DNA from: Eledone cirrhosa
Taxonomy: Eukaryota
DNA length: 64,000 nt
NCBI GenBank assembly: GCA_964016885.1
Contig: CAXHJY010000114.1
Span: 1 to 64,000 of the forward strand
Reading direction: 5' to 3'
Part shown: positions 1-15,000 of the stretch, piece after piece
Numbering within the stretch: position 1 is the first letter of the stretch
Layout: every line of letters starts with the position of its first letter
Notes under the pieces: generated by a model
What the model saw: only the letters and a program-made list of their open reading frames with translations
Databases searched by the model: none
Told to the model about the DNA's origin: nothing
Position numbers and translations under genes: made by a program

Positions 1-3000
1 AGGGATGGTTGGTTGGTTGGAGGGATGGTTGGCTGGTTGGGTGGCTGACTGGGTGGTTGGGAGCGATGGTTGGCTGGTTGGGGGGGGGGGGGGGGCTGAT
101 TGGGTGGTTGGAGGATGGTTGGCTGGTTGGGTGGCTGATTGGGTGGTTGGAGGGATGGTTGGGTGGTTGGGTGGCTGATCGGGTGGTTGGAGGGATGGTT
201 GGTTGGAGGGATGGTTGGCTGGTTGGGTGGTTGGAGGGATGGTTTGTTGCTTGGAGGGCTGGTTGGCTGGTTGATGGAATGGTTGGCTGGTTGGGGGGCT
301 GATTGGGTGGTTGGATGGATGGTTGGCTGGTTGGAGGGATGGTTGTCTGGTTGAGTGTCTGATTGGGTGGTTGGAGAGATGGTTCGCTGGTTGGGTGGCT
401 GATTGGGTGGTTGGAGAGCTGGTTGGTTGGACGGGTGGCTGATTGGGTTGTTGGAGGGATGGTTGGCTGGTTGAAGGGATGGTTGGCTGGTTGAGTGGCT
501 GATTGGGTGGTTGGAGGGAGGGTTGACTGGTTGGGTGGCTGATTGGGTGGTTGGAGGGATGGTTAGGTGGCTGATCGGGTGGTTGGAGGGAAGGTTGGGT
601 GGTTGGGTGGTTGGCTGGTTGGAGGGATGGTGGGTGGTTGGAGAGATGGTTGGTTGGTTGGAGGGATGGTTGGTTGGAGGATGGTTGGGTGGTTGGAGAG
701 ATGGTTGGCTGGTTGGAGGGATGGTTGGGTGGTTAAGGGATGGTTGGGTGGTTGGAGAGAAGGTTGGTTGGTTGGAGGGATGGTTGGCTGGTTGGAGGGA
801 TGGTTGGGTGGTTGGAGGGATCGTTGGGTGGTTGGAGTGATGGTTAGTGGTTGGAGGGATGGTTGGTTGGCTGAAGGGATGGTTGGGTGGTTGGAGAGAT
901 GGTTGGCTGGTTGGGGGGATGGTTGTCTGCTGGAGGGATGGTTGGTTGGAGGGATGGTTGGGTGGTTGAAGGGATGGTTGGGTAGTTGGAGGGATGGTTG
1001 GCTGGTTGGAGGGATGGTTGTTGGAGGGAGGGATGGTTGGCTGGTTGGAGGGATGGTTGGTTGGTTGAAGGGATGGTTGGCTGGTAGGAGGGATGGTTGG
1101 CTGGTTGGAGGGATGGTTGGCTGGTCGGAGAGATGGTTGGTTGGTTGGAGGGATGGTTGGTTGGAGGGAGGGATGGTTGGCTAGTTGGAGGGATGGTTTG
1201 TTGGAGGGATGGTTGGCTGGTTGGAGGGATGGTTGGCTGGTTGGAGGGATGGTTGGTTGGTTGGAGGGATGGTTGGTTGGAGGGATAGTTGGCTAGTTGG
1301 AGGATGGTTGGCTGTTTGGAGGGATGATTGGTTGGTTGGAGGGATGGTTGTGTGGTTGGAGGGATGGTTGGTTGAAGGGATGGTTGGTTGGTTGGAGGGA
1401 TGGTTGAGTGGTTGGAGGGATGGTTGGTTGAAGGGATGGTTGGTTGGTTGGAGGGATGGTTGGTTGGTTGGAGGGATGGTTGGTTGGTTGGTGGGATGGA
1501 TGGCTGGTTGGAGGGATGGTTGGCTGTTGGTGGGATGGTTGGCTGGTTGGAGGGATGGTTGGCTGGTTGGAGGGATGGTTGGTTAGTTGAAGGGATGGTT
1601 GGCTGGTTGGAGGGATGGTTGGGTGGTTGGAGGGATGGTTGGTTGGTTGGAGGGATGGTTGGTTGGTTGGTGGGATGGTTGGCTGGTTGGAGGGATGGTT
1701 GGCTGGTTGGAGGGATGGTTGGTTAGTTGAAGGGATGGTTGGCTGGTTGGAGGGATGGTTGGGTGGTTGGAGGGATGGTTGGTTGGTTGGAGAGATGGTT
1801 GGCTGGTTGGAGGGATGGTTGGTTGGAGGGATGGTTGGCTGGTTGGAGGGATGGTTGGCTGGTTGGAGGAATGGTTGCTTGGAGGGATGGTTGGCTGGTT
1901 GGAGGGAGGGCTGGGTGGTTGGAGGGATGTTTGGTTGGTTGAAGGGATGGTTGGTTGGTTGGAGGGATGGTTGGTTGGTTGAAGGGATGGTTGGCTATTT
2001 GGAGGGATGGTTGGCTGGTTTAAGGGATGGTTGGCTGGTTGGAGGGATGGTTGGTTAGTTGGAGGGATTGTTGCCTGGTTGGAGGGATGATTGGTTGGTT
2101 GATGGGATGGTTGGTTGGTTGGAGGGATGGCTGGTTGGTTGGAGGGATGGTTGGGTGGTTGGAGTGATGGTTGGCTGTTTGGAGGGATGGTTGGCTGGTT
2201 GGAGGAATGGTTGGTTGGAGGGATGGTTGGCTGGTTGGAGGGATGGTTGGGTGTTTGGAGGGATGGTTGGTGGTTGAAGGGATGGTTGGTTCGTTGAAGG
2301 GACGGTTGGCTGGTTGGAGGGATGTTTGGCTGGAGAGATGGTTGGATGGTTGGAGGGATGGTTGGTTAGTTGAAGGGATGGTTGGCTGGTTGGAGGGATG
2401 GTTGGTTGGATGAAGGGATGGTTGGTTGGTTGGAGGGATGGTTGGCTGTTTGGAGGGATGGTTGTCTGGTTGGAGGGATGGTTGTCTGGTTAGAGGGATG
2501 GTTGGTTGGAGGGATGGTTGGGTGGTTGGAGGGATGGTTGGTTGGAGGGATGGTTGGTTGGAGGGAGGAATGGTTGGCTGGTTGGAGGGATGGTTGGTTG
2601 GTTGAAGGGATGGTTGGTTGGAGGGATGGTTGGTTGGAGGGATGGTTGGTTGGAGGGATGGTTGGTTAGTTGGAGGGATTGTTGTCTGGTTGGAGGGATG
2701 GTTTGTTGGTTGAAGGGATGGTTGGTTGGTTGGAGGGATGGTTGGTTGGTTGGAGGGATGGTTGGGTGGTTGGAGGGATGGTTGGGTGGTTGGAGGGATG
2801 GTTGGTTGAAGGGATGGTTGGTTGGTTGGAGGGATGGTTGGGTGGTTGGAGGGATGGTTGATTGGTTGGAGGGATGGTTGGGTGGTTGGAGGGATGGTTG
2901 GTTGGTTGGTGGGATGGTTGGCTGGTTGGAGGGATGGTTGGCTGGTTGGTGGGATGGTTGGCTGGTTGGAGGGATGGTTGGCTGGTTGGAGGGATGGTTG

Positions 3001-6000
3001 GTTAGTTAAAGGGTTGGTTGGCTGGTTGGAGGGATGGTTGGGTGGTTGGAGGGATGGTTGGTTGGTTGGAGGGATGGTTGGTTGGTTGGTGGGATGGTTG
3101 GCTGGTTGGAGGGATGGTTGGCTGCTTGGAGGGATGGTTGGCTGGCTGGAGGGATGGTTGGTTGGAGGGATGGTTGGGTGGTTGAAGGGATGGTTGGGTA
3201 GTTGGAGGGATGGTTGGCTGGTTGGAGGGATGGTTGGTTGGTTGAAGGGATGGTTAGCTGGTTGGAGGGATGGTTGGCTGGTTGGAGGGATGGTTGGCTG
3301 GTTGGAGAGATGGTTGGTTGGTTGGAGGGATGATTGGTTGGAGGGATAGTTGATTGGTTGGAGGGATGGTTGGTTGGAGGGATGGTTGGTTGGTTGGTGG
3401 GATGGTTGGCTGGTTGAGGGATGGTTGGCTGTTTGGAGGGATGGTTGGCTGGTTGGGGGGATGGTTGGTTGGAGGGATGGTTGGGTGGTTGGAGGGATGG
3501 TTGGGTGGTTGGAGGGATGGTTGGCTGTTTGGAGGGATGGTTGGTTGGTTGGAGGGATGGTTGAGTGGTTGGAGGGATGGTTGGTTGAAGGGATGGTTGG
3601 TTGGTTGGAGGGATGTTTGGGTGGTTGGAGGGATGGTTGATTGGTTGGAGGGATGGTTGGGTGGTTGGAGGGATGGTTGGTTGGAGGGATGTTTGGTTGG
3701 ATGGATGGTTGGCTGGCTGGAGGGATGGTTGGTTGGAGGAATGGTTGGTTGTTTGGAGGGATGGTTGGGTGGTTGGAGGGATGGTTGGTTGGAGGGATGG
3801 TTGGCTGGTTGGAGGAATGGTTGGTTGGAGGGATGGTTGGCTGGTTGGAGGGATGGTTGGTTGGTTGGAGGGATGGTTGGTTGGTTGAAGGGATGGTTGG
3901 TTGGAATGATGGTTGGATGGTTGGAGGGATGGTTGGTTAGTTGAAGGGATGGTTGGCGGGTTGGAGGGATGGTTGGTTGGTTGAAGGGATGGTTGGTTGG
4001 AGGGATGGTTAGCCAGTTGGAGGGATGGTTGGCTGTTTGGAGGGCTGGTTGGCTGGTTGGAGGGATGGTTGGCTGGTTGGAGGGATGGTTGGTTGGAGGG
4101 ATGGTTGGGTGGTTGGAGGGATGGTTGGGTGGTTGGAGGGATGGTTGGTTGGTTGAAGGGATGGTTGGTTGGTTGGAGGGATGGTTGGCTGTTTGGAGGT
4201 ATGGTTGGCTGGTTGGAGGGATGGTTGGCTGTTTGGAGGGATGGTTGGTTGCAGGGATGGTTGGGTGGTTGGAGGGATGGTTGGGTGGTTGGAGGGATGG
4301 TTGGCTGGTTGGAGGGATGGTTGGTTGGAGGGAGGGCTGGGTGGTTGGAGGGATGTTTGGTTGGTTGAAGGGATGGTTGGGTGGTTGGAGGGATGGTTGG
4401 TTGGTTGAAGGGATGGTTGGCTATTTGGAGGGATGGTTGGCTGGTTTAAGGGATGGTTGGCTGGTTGGAGGGATGGTTGGTTAGTTGGAGGGATTGTTGC
4501 CTGGTTGGAGGGATGATTGGTTGGTTGATGGGATGGTTGGTTGGTTGGAGGGATGGCTGGTTGGTTGGAGGGATGGTTGGGTGGTTGGAGTGATGGTTGG
4601 CTGTTTGGAGGGATGGTTGGCTGGTTGGAGGAATGGTTGGTTGGAGGGATGGTTGGCTGGTTGGAGGGATGGTTGGGTGTTTGGAGGGATGGTTGGTGGT
4701 TGAAGGGATGGTTGGTTCGTTGAAGGGACGGTTGGCTGGTTGGAGGGATGTTTGGCTGGAGAGATGGTTGGATGGTTGGAGGGATGGTTGGTTAGTTGAA
4801 GGGATGGTTGGCTGGTTGGAGGGATGGTTGGTTGGATGAAGGGATGGTTGGTTGGTTGGAGGGATGGTTGGCTGTTTGGAGGGATGGTTGTCTGGTTGGA
4901 GGGATGGTTGTCTGGTTAGAGGGATGGTTGGTTGGAGGGATGGTTGGGTGGTTGGAGGGATGGTTGGTTGGAGGGATGGTTGGTTGGAGGGAGGAATGGT
5001 TGGCTGGTTGGAGGGATGGTTGGTTGGTTGAAGGGATGGTTGGTTGGAGGGATGGTTGGTTGGAGGGATGGTTGGTTGGAGGGATGGTTGGTTAGTTGGA
5101 GGGATTGTTGTCTGGTTGGAGGGATGGTTTGTTGGTTGAAGGGATGGTTGGTTGGTTGGAGGGATGGTTGGTTGGTTGGAGGGATGGTTGGGTGGTTGGA
5201 GGGATGGTTGGGTGGTTGGAGGGATGGTTGATTGGTTGGAGGGATGGTTGGGTGGTTGGAGGGATGGTTGGTTGGTTGGTGGGATGGTTGGCTGGTTGGA
5301 GGGATGGTTGGCTGGTTGGTGGGATGGTTGGCTGGTTGGAGGGATGGTTGGCTGGTTGGAGGGATGGTTGGTTAGTTAAAGGGTTGGTTGGCTGGTTGGA
5401 GGGATGGTTGGGTGGTTGGAGGGATGGTTGGTTGGTTGGAGGGATGGTTGGTTGGTTGGTGGGATGGTTGGCTGGTTGGAGGGATGGTTGGCTGCTTGGA
5501 GGGATGGTTGGCTGGCTGGAGGGATGGTTGGTTGGAGGGATGGTTGGGTGGTTGAAGGGATGGTTGGGTAGTTGGAGGGATGGTTGGCTGGTTGGAGGGA
5601 TGGTTGGTTGGTTGAAGGGATGGTTAGCTGGTTGGAGGGATGGTTGGCTGGTTGGAGGGATGGTTGGCTGGTTGGAGAGATGGTTGGTTGGTTGGAGGGA
5701 TGATTGGTTGGAGGGATAGTTGATTGGTTGGAGGGATGGTTGGTTGGAGGGATGGTTGGTTGGTTGGTGGGATGGTTGGCTGGTTGAGGGATGGTTGGCT
5801 GTTTGGAGGGATGGTTGGCTGGTTGGGGGGATGGTTGGTTGGAGGGATGGTTGGGTGGTTGGAGGGATGGTTGGGTGGTTGGAGGGATGGTTGGCTGTTT
5901 GGAGGGATGGTTGGTTGGTTGGAGGGATGGTTGAGTGGTTGGAGGGATGGTTGGTTGAAGGGATGGTTGGTTGGTTGGAGGGATGTTTGGGTGGTTGGAG

Positions 6001-9000
6001 GGATGGTTGATTGGTTGGAGGGATGGTTGGGTGGTTGGAGGGATGGTTGGTTGGAGGGATGTTTGGTTGGATGGATGGTTGGCTGGCTGGAGGGATGGTT
6101 GGTTGGAGGAATGGTTGGTTGTTTGGAGGGATGGTTGGGTGGTTGGAGGGATGGTTGGTTGGAGGGATGGTTGGCTGGTTGGAGGAATGGTTGGTTGGAG
6201 GGATGGTTGGCTGGTTGGAGGGATGGTTGGTTGGTTGGAGGGATGGTTGGTTGGTTGAAGGGATGGTTGGTTGGAATGATGGTTGGATGGTTGGAGGGAT
6301 GGTTGGTTAGTTGAAGGGATGGTTGGCGGGTTGGAGGGATAGTTGGTTGGTTGAAGGGATGGTTGGTTGGAGGGATGGTTAGCCAGTTGGAGGGATGGTT
6401 GGCTGTTTGGAGGGCTGGTTGGCTGGTTGGAGGGATGGTTGGCTGGTTGGAGGGATGGTTGGTTGGAGGGATGGTTGGGTGGTTGGAGGGATGGTTGGGT
6501 GGTTGGAGGGATGGTTGGTTGGTTGAAGGGATGGTTGGTTGGTTGGAGGGATGGTTGGCTGTTTGGAGGTATGGTTGGCTGGTTGGAGGGATGGTTGGCT
6601 GTTTGGAGGGATGGTTGGTTGCAGGGATGGTTGGGTGGTTGGAGGGATGGTTGGGTGGTTGGAGGGATGGTTGGCTGGTTGGAGGGATGGTTGGTTGGAG
6701 GGAGGGATGGTTGGCTGGTTGGAGGGATGGTTGGTTGGTTGAAGGGATGGTTGGTTGGTTGGAGGGATGGTTGGCTGTTTGGAGGGATGGTTGGCTGGTT
6801 GGAGGGATGGTTGGTTGGAGGGATGTTTGGGTGGTTGGAGGGATGGTTGGCTGGTTGGAGGGATGGTTGGTTGGAGGGAGCGATGGTTGGCTGGTTGGAG
6901 GGATGGTTGGTTGGTTGAAGGGATGGTTGGTTGGAGGGAGGGATGGTTGGCTGGTTGGAGGGATGGTTGGTTGGTTGAAGGGATGGTTGGCTGGTTGAAG
7001 GGATGGTTGGCTGGTTGGAGAGTTGGTTGGTTGGTTGAAGGGTTGGTTGGTTGGAGGGATAGTTGGTTGTTTGGAGGGATGGTTGGTTGGAGGGATGGTT
7101 GGTTGGTTGGTGGGATGGTTGGCTGTTTGGAGGGATGGTTGGCTGGTTGGAGGGATGGTTGGTTAGTTGAAGGGATGGTTGGCTGGTTGGAGGGATGGTT
7201 GGGTGGTTGGAGGGATGGTTGGTTGGTTGGAGGGATGGTTGGCTGGTTGGAGGGTTGGTTGGTTGGAGGGATGGTTGGCTGGTTGGAGGGATGGTTGGCT
7301 GGTAGGAGGGATGGGTGGCTGGTTGGAGGGATGGTTGGCTGGTCGGAGAGATGGTTGGTTGGTTGGAGGGATGGCTGGGTGGTTGGAGGGATGTTTGGTT
7401 GGTTGAAGGGATGGTTGGTTGGTTGGAGGGATGGTTGGTTGGTTGAAGGGATGGTTGGGTGGTTGGAGGGATGGTTGGCTGTTTGGAGGGATGGTTGGCT
7501 GGTTGGTGGGATGGTTGGTTAGTTGAAGGGATGGTTGGCTGGTTGGAGGGATGGTTGGGTGGTTGGAGGGATGGTTGGTTGGTTGGAGGGATGGTTCGCT
7601 GGTTGGAGGGTTGGTTGGTTGGAGGGATGGTTGGCTGGTTGGAGGGATGGTTGGCTGGTTGGAGGGATGGTTGGCTGGTTGGAGGAATGGTTGCTTGGAG
7701 GGATGGTTGGCTGGTTGGAGGGATGGCTGGGTGGTTGGAGGGATGTTTGGTTGGTTGAAGGGATGGTTGGTTGGTTGGAGGGATGGTTGGTTGGTTGAAG
7801 GGATGGTTGATTGGAGTGATGGTTGGCTGGTTGGAGGAATGGTTGGTTGGAGGGATGGTTGGCTAGTTGGAGGGATGGTTGGCTGTTTGGAGGGATGGTT
7901 GGCTGGTTTAAGGGATAGTTGGCTGGTTGGAGGGATGGTTGGTTGGAGGGATGGTTGTTTGGAGGAATGGTTGGTTAGTTGGTGGGATTGTTGCCTGGTT
8001 GGAGGGATGGTTGGTTGGTTGAAGGGATGGTTGGTTGGTTGGAGGGATGGTTGGTTGGTTGGAGGGATGGTTGGGTGGTTGGAGGGATGGTTGGCTGTTT
8101 GGAGGGATGGTTGGCTCGTTGGAGGAATGGTTGGTTGGAGGGATGGTTGGCTGGTTGGAGGGATGGTTGGGTGTTTGGAGGGATGGTTGGTTGGTTGAAG
8201 GGATGGTTGGTTGGTTGAAGGGATGGTTGGCTGGTTGGAGGGATGGTTGGCTGGAGAGATGGTTGGATGGTTGGAGGGATGGTTGGTTAGTTGAAGGGAT
8301 GGTTGGCTGGTTGGAGGGATGGTTGGTTGGATGAAGGAATGGTTGGTTGGTTGGAGGGATGGTTGGCTAGTTGGAGGGATGGTTGGCTGTTTGGAGGGAT
8401 GGTTGTCTGGTTGGAGGGATGGTTGTCTGGTTAGAGGGATGGTTGGTTGGAGGGATGTTTGGTGGTTGGAGGGATGGTTGGTTGGAGGGATGGTTGGTTG
8501 GAGGGATGGTTGGCTGGTTGGAGGGATGGTTGGCTGGTTGGAGGGATGGTTGGTTGGAGGGATGGTTGGTTGGAGGGATGGTTGGTTAGTTGGAGGGATT
8601 GTTGTCTGGTTGGAGGGATGGTTGGTTGGTTGAAGGGATGGTTGGTTGGTTGGAGGGATGGTTGGTTGGTTGTAGGGATGGTTGGCTGTTTGGAGGGATG
8701 GTGGGCTGGTTGGAGGAATGGTTGGTTGGAGGGATGGTTGGCTGGTTAGAGGGATGGTTGGGTGTTTGGAGGGATGGTTGGTTGGTTGGAGGGATGGTTG
8801 GTTGTAGGGATGGTTGGCTGGTTGGAGGGATGGTTGGCTGGAGAGATGGTTGGATGGTTGGAGGGATGGTTGGTTAGTTGAAGGGATGGTTGGCTGGTTG
8901 GAGGGATGGTTGGTTGGATGAAGGGATGGTTGGTTGGTTGGAGGGATGGTTGGCTGGTTGGAGGGATGGTAGGTTGGAGGGAGGGATGGTTGTCTGGTTG

Positions 9001-12000
9001 GAGGGAAGGTTGGCTGGTTAGAGGGATGGTTGGTTGGAGGGATGGTTGGGTGGTTGGAGGGATGGTTGTTTAGTGGGATGTTTGGTTGGAGGGATGGTTG
9101 GCTGGTTGGAGGGATGGTTGGCTGGTTGGAGGGATGGTTGGTTGGAGGGATGGTTGGAGGGATGGTTGGTTGGTTGGATGGATGGTTGAGTGGTTGGAGG
9201 GATGGTTGGTTGAAGGGATGGTTGGTTGGTTGGAGGGATGTTTGGGTGGTTGGAGGGATGGTTGATTGGTTGGAGGGATGGTTGGGTGGTTGGAGGGATG
9301 GTTGGGTGGTTGGAGGGATGGTTGGTTGGAGGGATGTTTGGTTGGATGGATGGTTGGCTGGCTGGAGGGATGGTTGGTTGGAGGAATGGTTGGTTGTTTG
9401 GAGGGATGGTTGGGTGGTTGGAGGGATGGTTGGTTGGAGGGATGGTTGGCTGGTTGGAGGAATGGTTGGTTGGAGGGATGGTTGGCTGGTTGGAGGGATG
9501 GTTGGTTGGTTGGAGGGATGGTTGGTTGGTTGAAGGGATGGTTGGTTGGAATGATGGTTGGATGGTTGGAGGGATGGTTGGTTAGTTGAAGGGATGGTTG
9601 GCGGGTTGGAGGGATGGTTGGTTGGTTGAAGGGATGGTTGGTTGGAGGGATGGTTAGCCAGTTGGAGGGATGGTTGGCTGTTTGGAGGGCTGGTTGGCTG
9701 GTTGGAGGGATGGTTGGCTGGTTGGAGGGATGGTTGGTTGGAGGGATGGTTGGGTGGTTGGAGGGATGGTTGGGTGGTTGGAGGGATGGTTGGTTGGTTG
9801 AAGGGATGGTTGGTTGGTTGGAGGGATGGTTGGCTGTTTGGAGGTATGGTTGGCTGGTTGGAGGGATGGTTGGCTGTTTGGAGGGATGGTTGGTTGCAGG
9901 GATGGTTGGGTGGTTGGAGGGATGGTTGGGTGGTTGGAGGGATGGTTGGCTGGTTGGAGGGATGGTTGGTTGGAGGGAGGGCTGGGTGGTTGGAGGGATG
10001 TTTGGTTGGTTGAAGGGATGGTTGGTTGGTTGGAGGGATGGTTGGTTGGTTGAAGGGATGGTTGGCTATTTGGAGGGATGGTTGGCTGGTTTAAGGGATG
10101 GTTGGCTGGTTGGAGGGATGGTTGGTTAGTTGGAGGGATTGTTGCCTGGTTGGAGGGATGATTGGTTGGTTGATGGGATGGTTGGTTGGTTGGAGGGATG
10201 GCTGGTTGGTTGGAGGGATGGTTGGGTGGTTGGAGTGATGGTTGGCTGTTTGGAGGGATGGTTGGCTGGTTGGAGGAATGGTTGGTTGGAGGGATGGTTG
10301 GCTGGTTGGAGGGATGGTTGGGTGTTTGGAGGGATGGTTGGTGGTTGAAGGGATGGTTGGTTCGTTGAAGGGACGGTTGGCTGGTTGGAGGGATGTTTGG
10401 CTGGAGAGATGGTTGGATGGTTGGAGGGATGGTTGGTTAGTTGAAGGGATGGTTGGCTGGTTGGAGGGATGGTTGGTTGGATGAAGGGATGGTTGGTTGG
10501 TTGGAGGGATGGTTGGCTGTTTGGAGGGATGGTTGTCTGGTTGGAGGGATGGTTGTCTGGTTAGAGGGATGGTTGGTTGGAGGGATGGTTGGGTGGTTGG
10601 AGGGATGGTTGGTTGGAGGGATGGTTGGTTGGAGGGAGGAATGGTTGGCTGGTTGGAGGGATGGTTGGTTGGTTGAAGGGATGGTTGGTTGGAGGGATGG
10701 TTGGTTGGAGGGATGGTTGGTTGGAGGGATGGTTGGTTAGTTGGAGGGATTGTTGTCTGGTTGGAGGGATGGTTTGTTGGTTGAAGGGATGGTTGGTTGG
10801 TTGGAGGGATGGTTGGTTGGTTGGAGGGATGGTTGGGTGGTTGGAGGGATGGTTGGGTGGTTGGAGGGATGGTTGGTTGAAGGGATGGTTGGTTGGTTGG
10901 AGGGATGGTTGGGTGGTTGGAGGGATGGTTGATTGGTTGGAGGGATGGTTGGGTGGTTGGAGGGATGGTTGGTTGGTTGGTGGGATGGTTGGCTGGTTGG
11001 AGGGATGGTTGGCTGGTTGGTGGGATGGTTGGCTGGTTGGAGGGATGGTTGGCTGGTTGGAGGGATGGTTGGTTAGTTAAAGGGTTGGTTGGCTGGTTGG
11101 AGGGATGGTTGGGTGGTTGGAGGGATGGTTGGTTGGTTGGAGGGATGGTTGGTTGGTTGGTGGGATGGTTGGCTGGTTGGAGGGATGGTTGGCTGCTTGG
11201 AGGGATGGTTGGCTGGCTGGAGGGATGGTTGGTTGGAGGGATGGTTGGGTGGTTGAAGGGATGGTTGGGTAGTTGGAGGGATGGTTGGCTGGTTGGAGGG
11301 ATGGTTGGTTGGTTGAAGGGATGGTTAGCTGGTTGGAGGGATGGTTGGCTGGTTGGAGGGATGGTTGGCTGGTTGGAGAGATGGTTGGTTGGTTGGAGGG
11401 ATGATTGGTTGGAGGGATAGTTGATTGGTTGGAGGGATGGTTGGTTGGAGGGATGGTTGGTTGGTTGGTGGGATGGTTGGCTGGTTGAGGGATGGTTGGC
11501 TGTTTGGAGGGATGGTTGGCTGGTTGGGGGGATGGTTGGTTGGAGGGATGGTTGGGTGGTTGGAGGGATGGTTGGGTGGTTGGAGGGATGGTTGGCTGTT
11601 TGGAGGGATGGTTGGTTGGTTGGAGGGATGGTTGAGTGGTTGGAGGGATGGTTGGTTGAAGGGATGGTTGGTTGGTTGGAGGGATGTTTGGGTGGTTGGA
11701 GGGATGGTTGATTGGTTGGAGGGATGGTTGGGTGGTTGGAGGGATGGTTGGTTGGAGGGATGTTTGGTTGGATGGATGGTTGGCTGGCTGGAGGGATGGT
11801 TGGTTGGAGGAATGGTTGGTTGTTTGGAGGGATGGTTGGGTGGTTGGAGGGATGGTTGGTTGGAGGGATGGTTGGCTGGTTGGAGGAATGGTTGGTTGGA
11901 GGGATGGTTGGCTGGTTGGAGGGATGGTTGGTTGGTTGGAGGGATGGTTGGTTGGTTGAAGGGATGGTTGGTTGGAATGATGGTTGGATGGTTGGAGGGA

Positions 12001-15000
12001 TGGTTGGTTAGTTGAAGGGATGGTTGGCGGGTTGGAGGGATGGTTGGTTGGTTGAAGGGATGGTTGGTTGGAGGGATGGTTAGCCAGTTGGAGGGATGGT
12101 TGGCTGTTTGGAGGGCTGGTTGGCTGGTTGGAGGGATGGTTGGCTGGTTGGAGGGATGGTTGGTTGGAGGGATGGTTGGGTGGTTGGAGGGATGGTTGGG
12201 TGGTTGGAGGGATGGTTGGTTGGTTGAAGGGATGGTTGGTTGGTTGGAGGGATGGTTGGCTGTTTGGAGGTATGGTTGGCTGGTTGGAGGGATGGTTGGC
12301 TGTTTGGAGGGATGGTTGGTTGCAGGGATGGTTGGGTGGTTGGAGGGATGGTTGGGTGGTTGGAGGGATGGTTGGCTGGTTGGAGGGATGGTTGGTTGGA
12401 GGGAGGGATGGTTGGCTGGTTGGAGGGATGGTTGGTTGGTTGAAGGGATGGTTGGTTGGTTGGAGGGATGGTTGGCTGTTTGGAGGGATGGTTGGCTGGT
12501 TGGAGGGATGGTTGGTTGGAGGGATGTTTGGGTGGTTGGAGGGATGGTTGGCTGGTTGGAGGGATGGTTGGTTGGAGGGAGCGATGGTTGGCTGGTTGGA
12601 GGGATGGTTGGTTGGTTGAAGGGATGGTTGGTTGGAGGGAGGGATGGTTGGCTGGTTGGAGGGATGGTTGGTTGGTTGAAGGGATGGTTGGCTGGTTGAA
12701 GGGATGGTTGGCTGGTTGGAGAGTTGGTTGGTTGGTTGAAGGGTTGGTTGGTTGGAGGGATAGTTGGTTGTTTGGAGGGATGGTTGGTTGGAGGGATGGT
12801 TGGTTGGTTGGTGGGATGGTTGGCTGTTTGGAGGGATGGTTGGCTGGTTGGAGGGATGGTTGGTTAGTTGAAGGGATGGTTGGCTGGTTGGAGGGATGGT
12901 TGGGTGGTTGGAGGGATGGTTGGTTGGTTGGAGGGATGGTTGGCTGGTTGGAGGGTTGGTTGGTTGGAGGGATGGTTGGCTGGTTGGAGGGATGGTTGGC
13001 TGGTAGGAGGGATGGGTGGCTGGTTGGAGGGATGGTTGGCTGGTCGGAGAGATGGTTGGTTGGTTGGAGGGATGGCTGGGTGGTTGGAGGGATGTTTGGT
13101 TGGTTGAAGGGATGGTTGGTTGGTTGGAGGGATGGTTGGTTGGTTGAAGGGATGGTTGGGTGGTTGGAGGGATGGTTGGCTGTTTGGAGGGATGGTTGGC
13201 TGGTTGGTGGGATGGTTGGTTAGTTGAAGGGATGGTTGGCTGGTTGGAGGGATGGTTGGGTGGTTGGAGGGATGGTTGGTTGGTTGGAGGGATGGTTGGC
13301 TGGTTGGAGGGTTGGTTGGTTGGAGGGATGGTTGGCTGGTTGGAGGGATGGTTGGCTGGTTGGAGGGATGGTTGGCTGGTTGGAGGAATGGTTGCTTGGA
13401 GGGATGGTTGGCTGGTTGGAGGGATGGCTGGGTGGTTGGAGGGATGTTTGGTTGGTTGAAGGGATGGTTGGTTGGTTGGAGGGATGGTTGGTTGGTTGAA
13501 GGGATGGTTGATTGGAGTGATGGTTGGCTGGTTGGAGGAATGGTTGGTTGGAGGGATGGTTGGCTAGTTGGAGGGATGGTTGGCTGTTTGGAGGGATGGT
13601 TGGCTGGTTTAAGGGATAGTTGGCTGGTTGGAGGGATGGTTGGTTGGAGGGATGGTTGTTTGGAGGAATGGTTGGTTAGTTGGTGGGATTGTTGCCTGGT
13701 TGGAGGGATGGTTGGTTGGTTGAAGGGATGGTTGGTTGGTTGGAGGGATGGTTGGTTGGTTGGAGGGATGGTTGGGTGGTTGGAGGGATGGTTGGCTGTT
13801 TGGAGGGATGGTTGGCTCGTTGGAGGAATGGTTGGTTGGAGGGATGGTTGGCTGGTTGGAGGGATGGTTGGGTGTTTGGAGGGATGGTTGGTTGGTTGAA
13901 GGGATGGTTGGTTGGTTGAAGGGATGGTTGGCTGGTTGGAGGGATGGTTGGCTGGAGAGATGGTTGGATGGTTGGAGGGATGGTTGGTTAGTTGAAGGGA
14001 TGGTTGGCTGGTTGGAGGGATGGTTGGTTGGATGAAGGAATGGTTGGTTGGTTGGAGGGATGGTTGGCTAGTTGGAGGGATGGTTGGCTGTTTGGAGGGA
14101 TGGTTGTCTGGTTGGAGGGATGGTTGTCTGGTTAGAGGGATGGTTGGTTGGAGGGATGTTTGGTGGTTGGAGGGATGGTTGGTTGGAGGGATGGTTGGTT
14201 GGAGGGATGGTTGGCTGGTTGGAGGGATGGTTGGCTGGTTGGAGGGATGGTTGGTTGGAGGGATGGTTGGTTGGAGGGATGGTTGGTTAGTTGGAGGGAT
14301 TGTTGTCTGGTTGGAGGGATGGTTGGTTGGTTGAAGGGATGGTTGGTTGGTTGGAGGGATGGTTGGTTGGTTGTAGGGATGGTTGGCTGTTTGGAGGGAT
14401 GGTGGGCTGGTTGGAGGAATGGTTGGTTGGAGGGATGGTTGGCTGGTTAGAGGGATGGTTGGGTGTTTGGAGGGATGGTTGGTTGGTTGGAGGGATGGTT
14501 GGTTGTAGGGATGGTTGGCTGGTTGGAGGGATGGTTGGCTGGAGAGATGGTTGGATGGTTGGAGGGATGGTTGGTTAGTTGAAGGGATGGTTGGCTGGTT
14601 GGAGGGATGGTTGGTTGGATGAAGGGATGGTTGGTTGGTTGGAGGGATGGTTGGCTGGTTGGAGGGATGGTAGGTTGGAGGGAGGGATGGTTGTCTGGTT
14701 GGAGGGAAGGTTGGCTGGTTAGAGGGATGGTTGGTTGGAGGGATGGTTGGGTGGTTGGAGGGATGGTTGTTTAGTGGGATGTTTGGTTGGAGGGATGGTT
14801 GGCTGGTTGGAGGGATGGTTGGCTGGTTGGAGGGATGGTTGGTTGGAGGGATGGTTGGAGGGATGGTTGGTTGGTTGGATGGATGGTTGAGTGGTTGGAG
14901 GGATGGTTGGTTGAAGGGATGGTTGGTTGGTTGGAGGGATGTTTGGGTGGTTGGAGGGATGGTTGATTGGTTGGAGGGATGGTTGGGTGGTTGGAGGGAT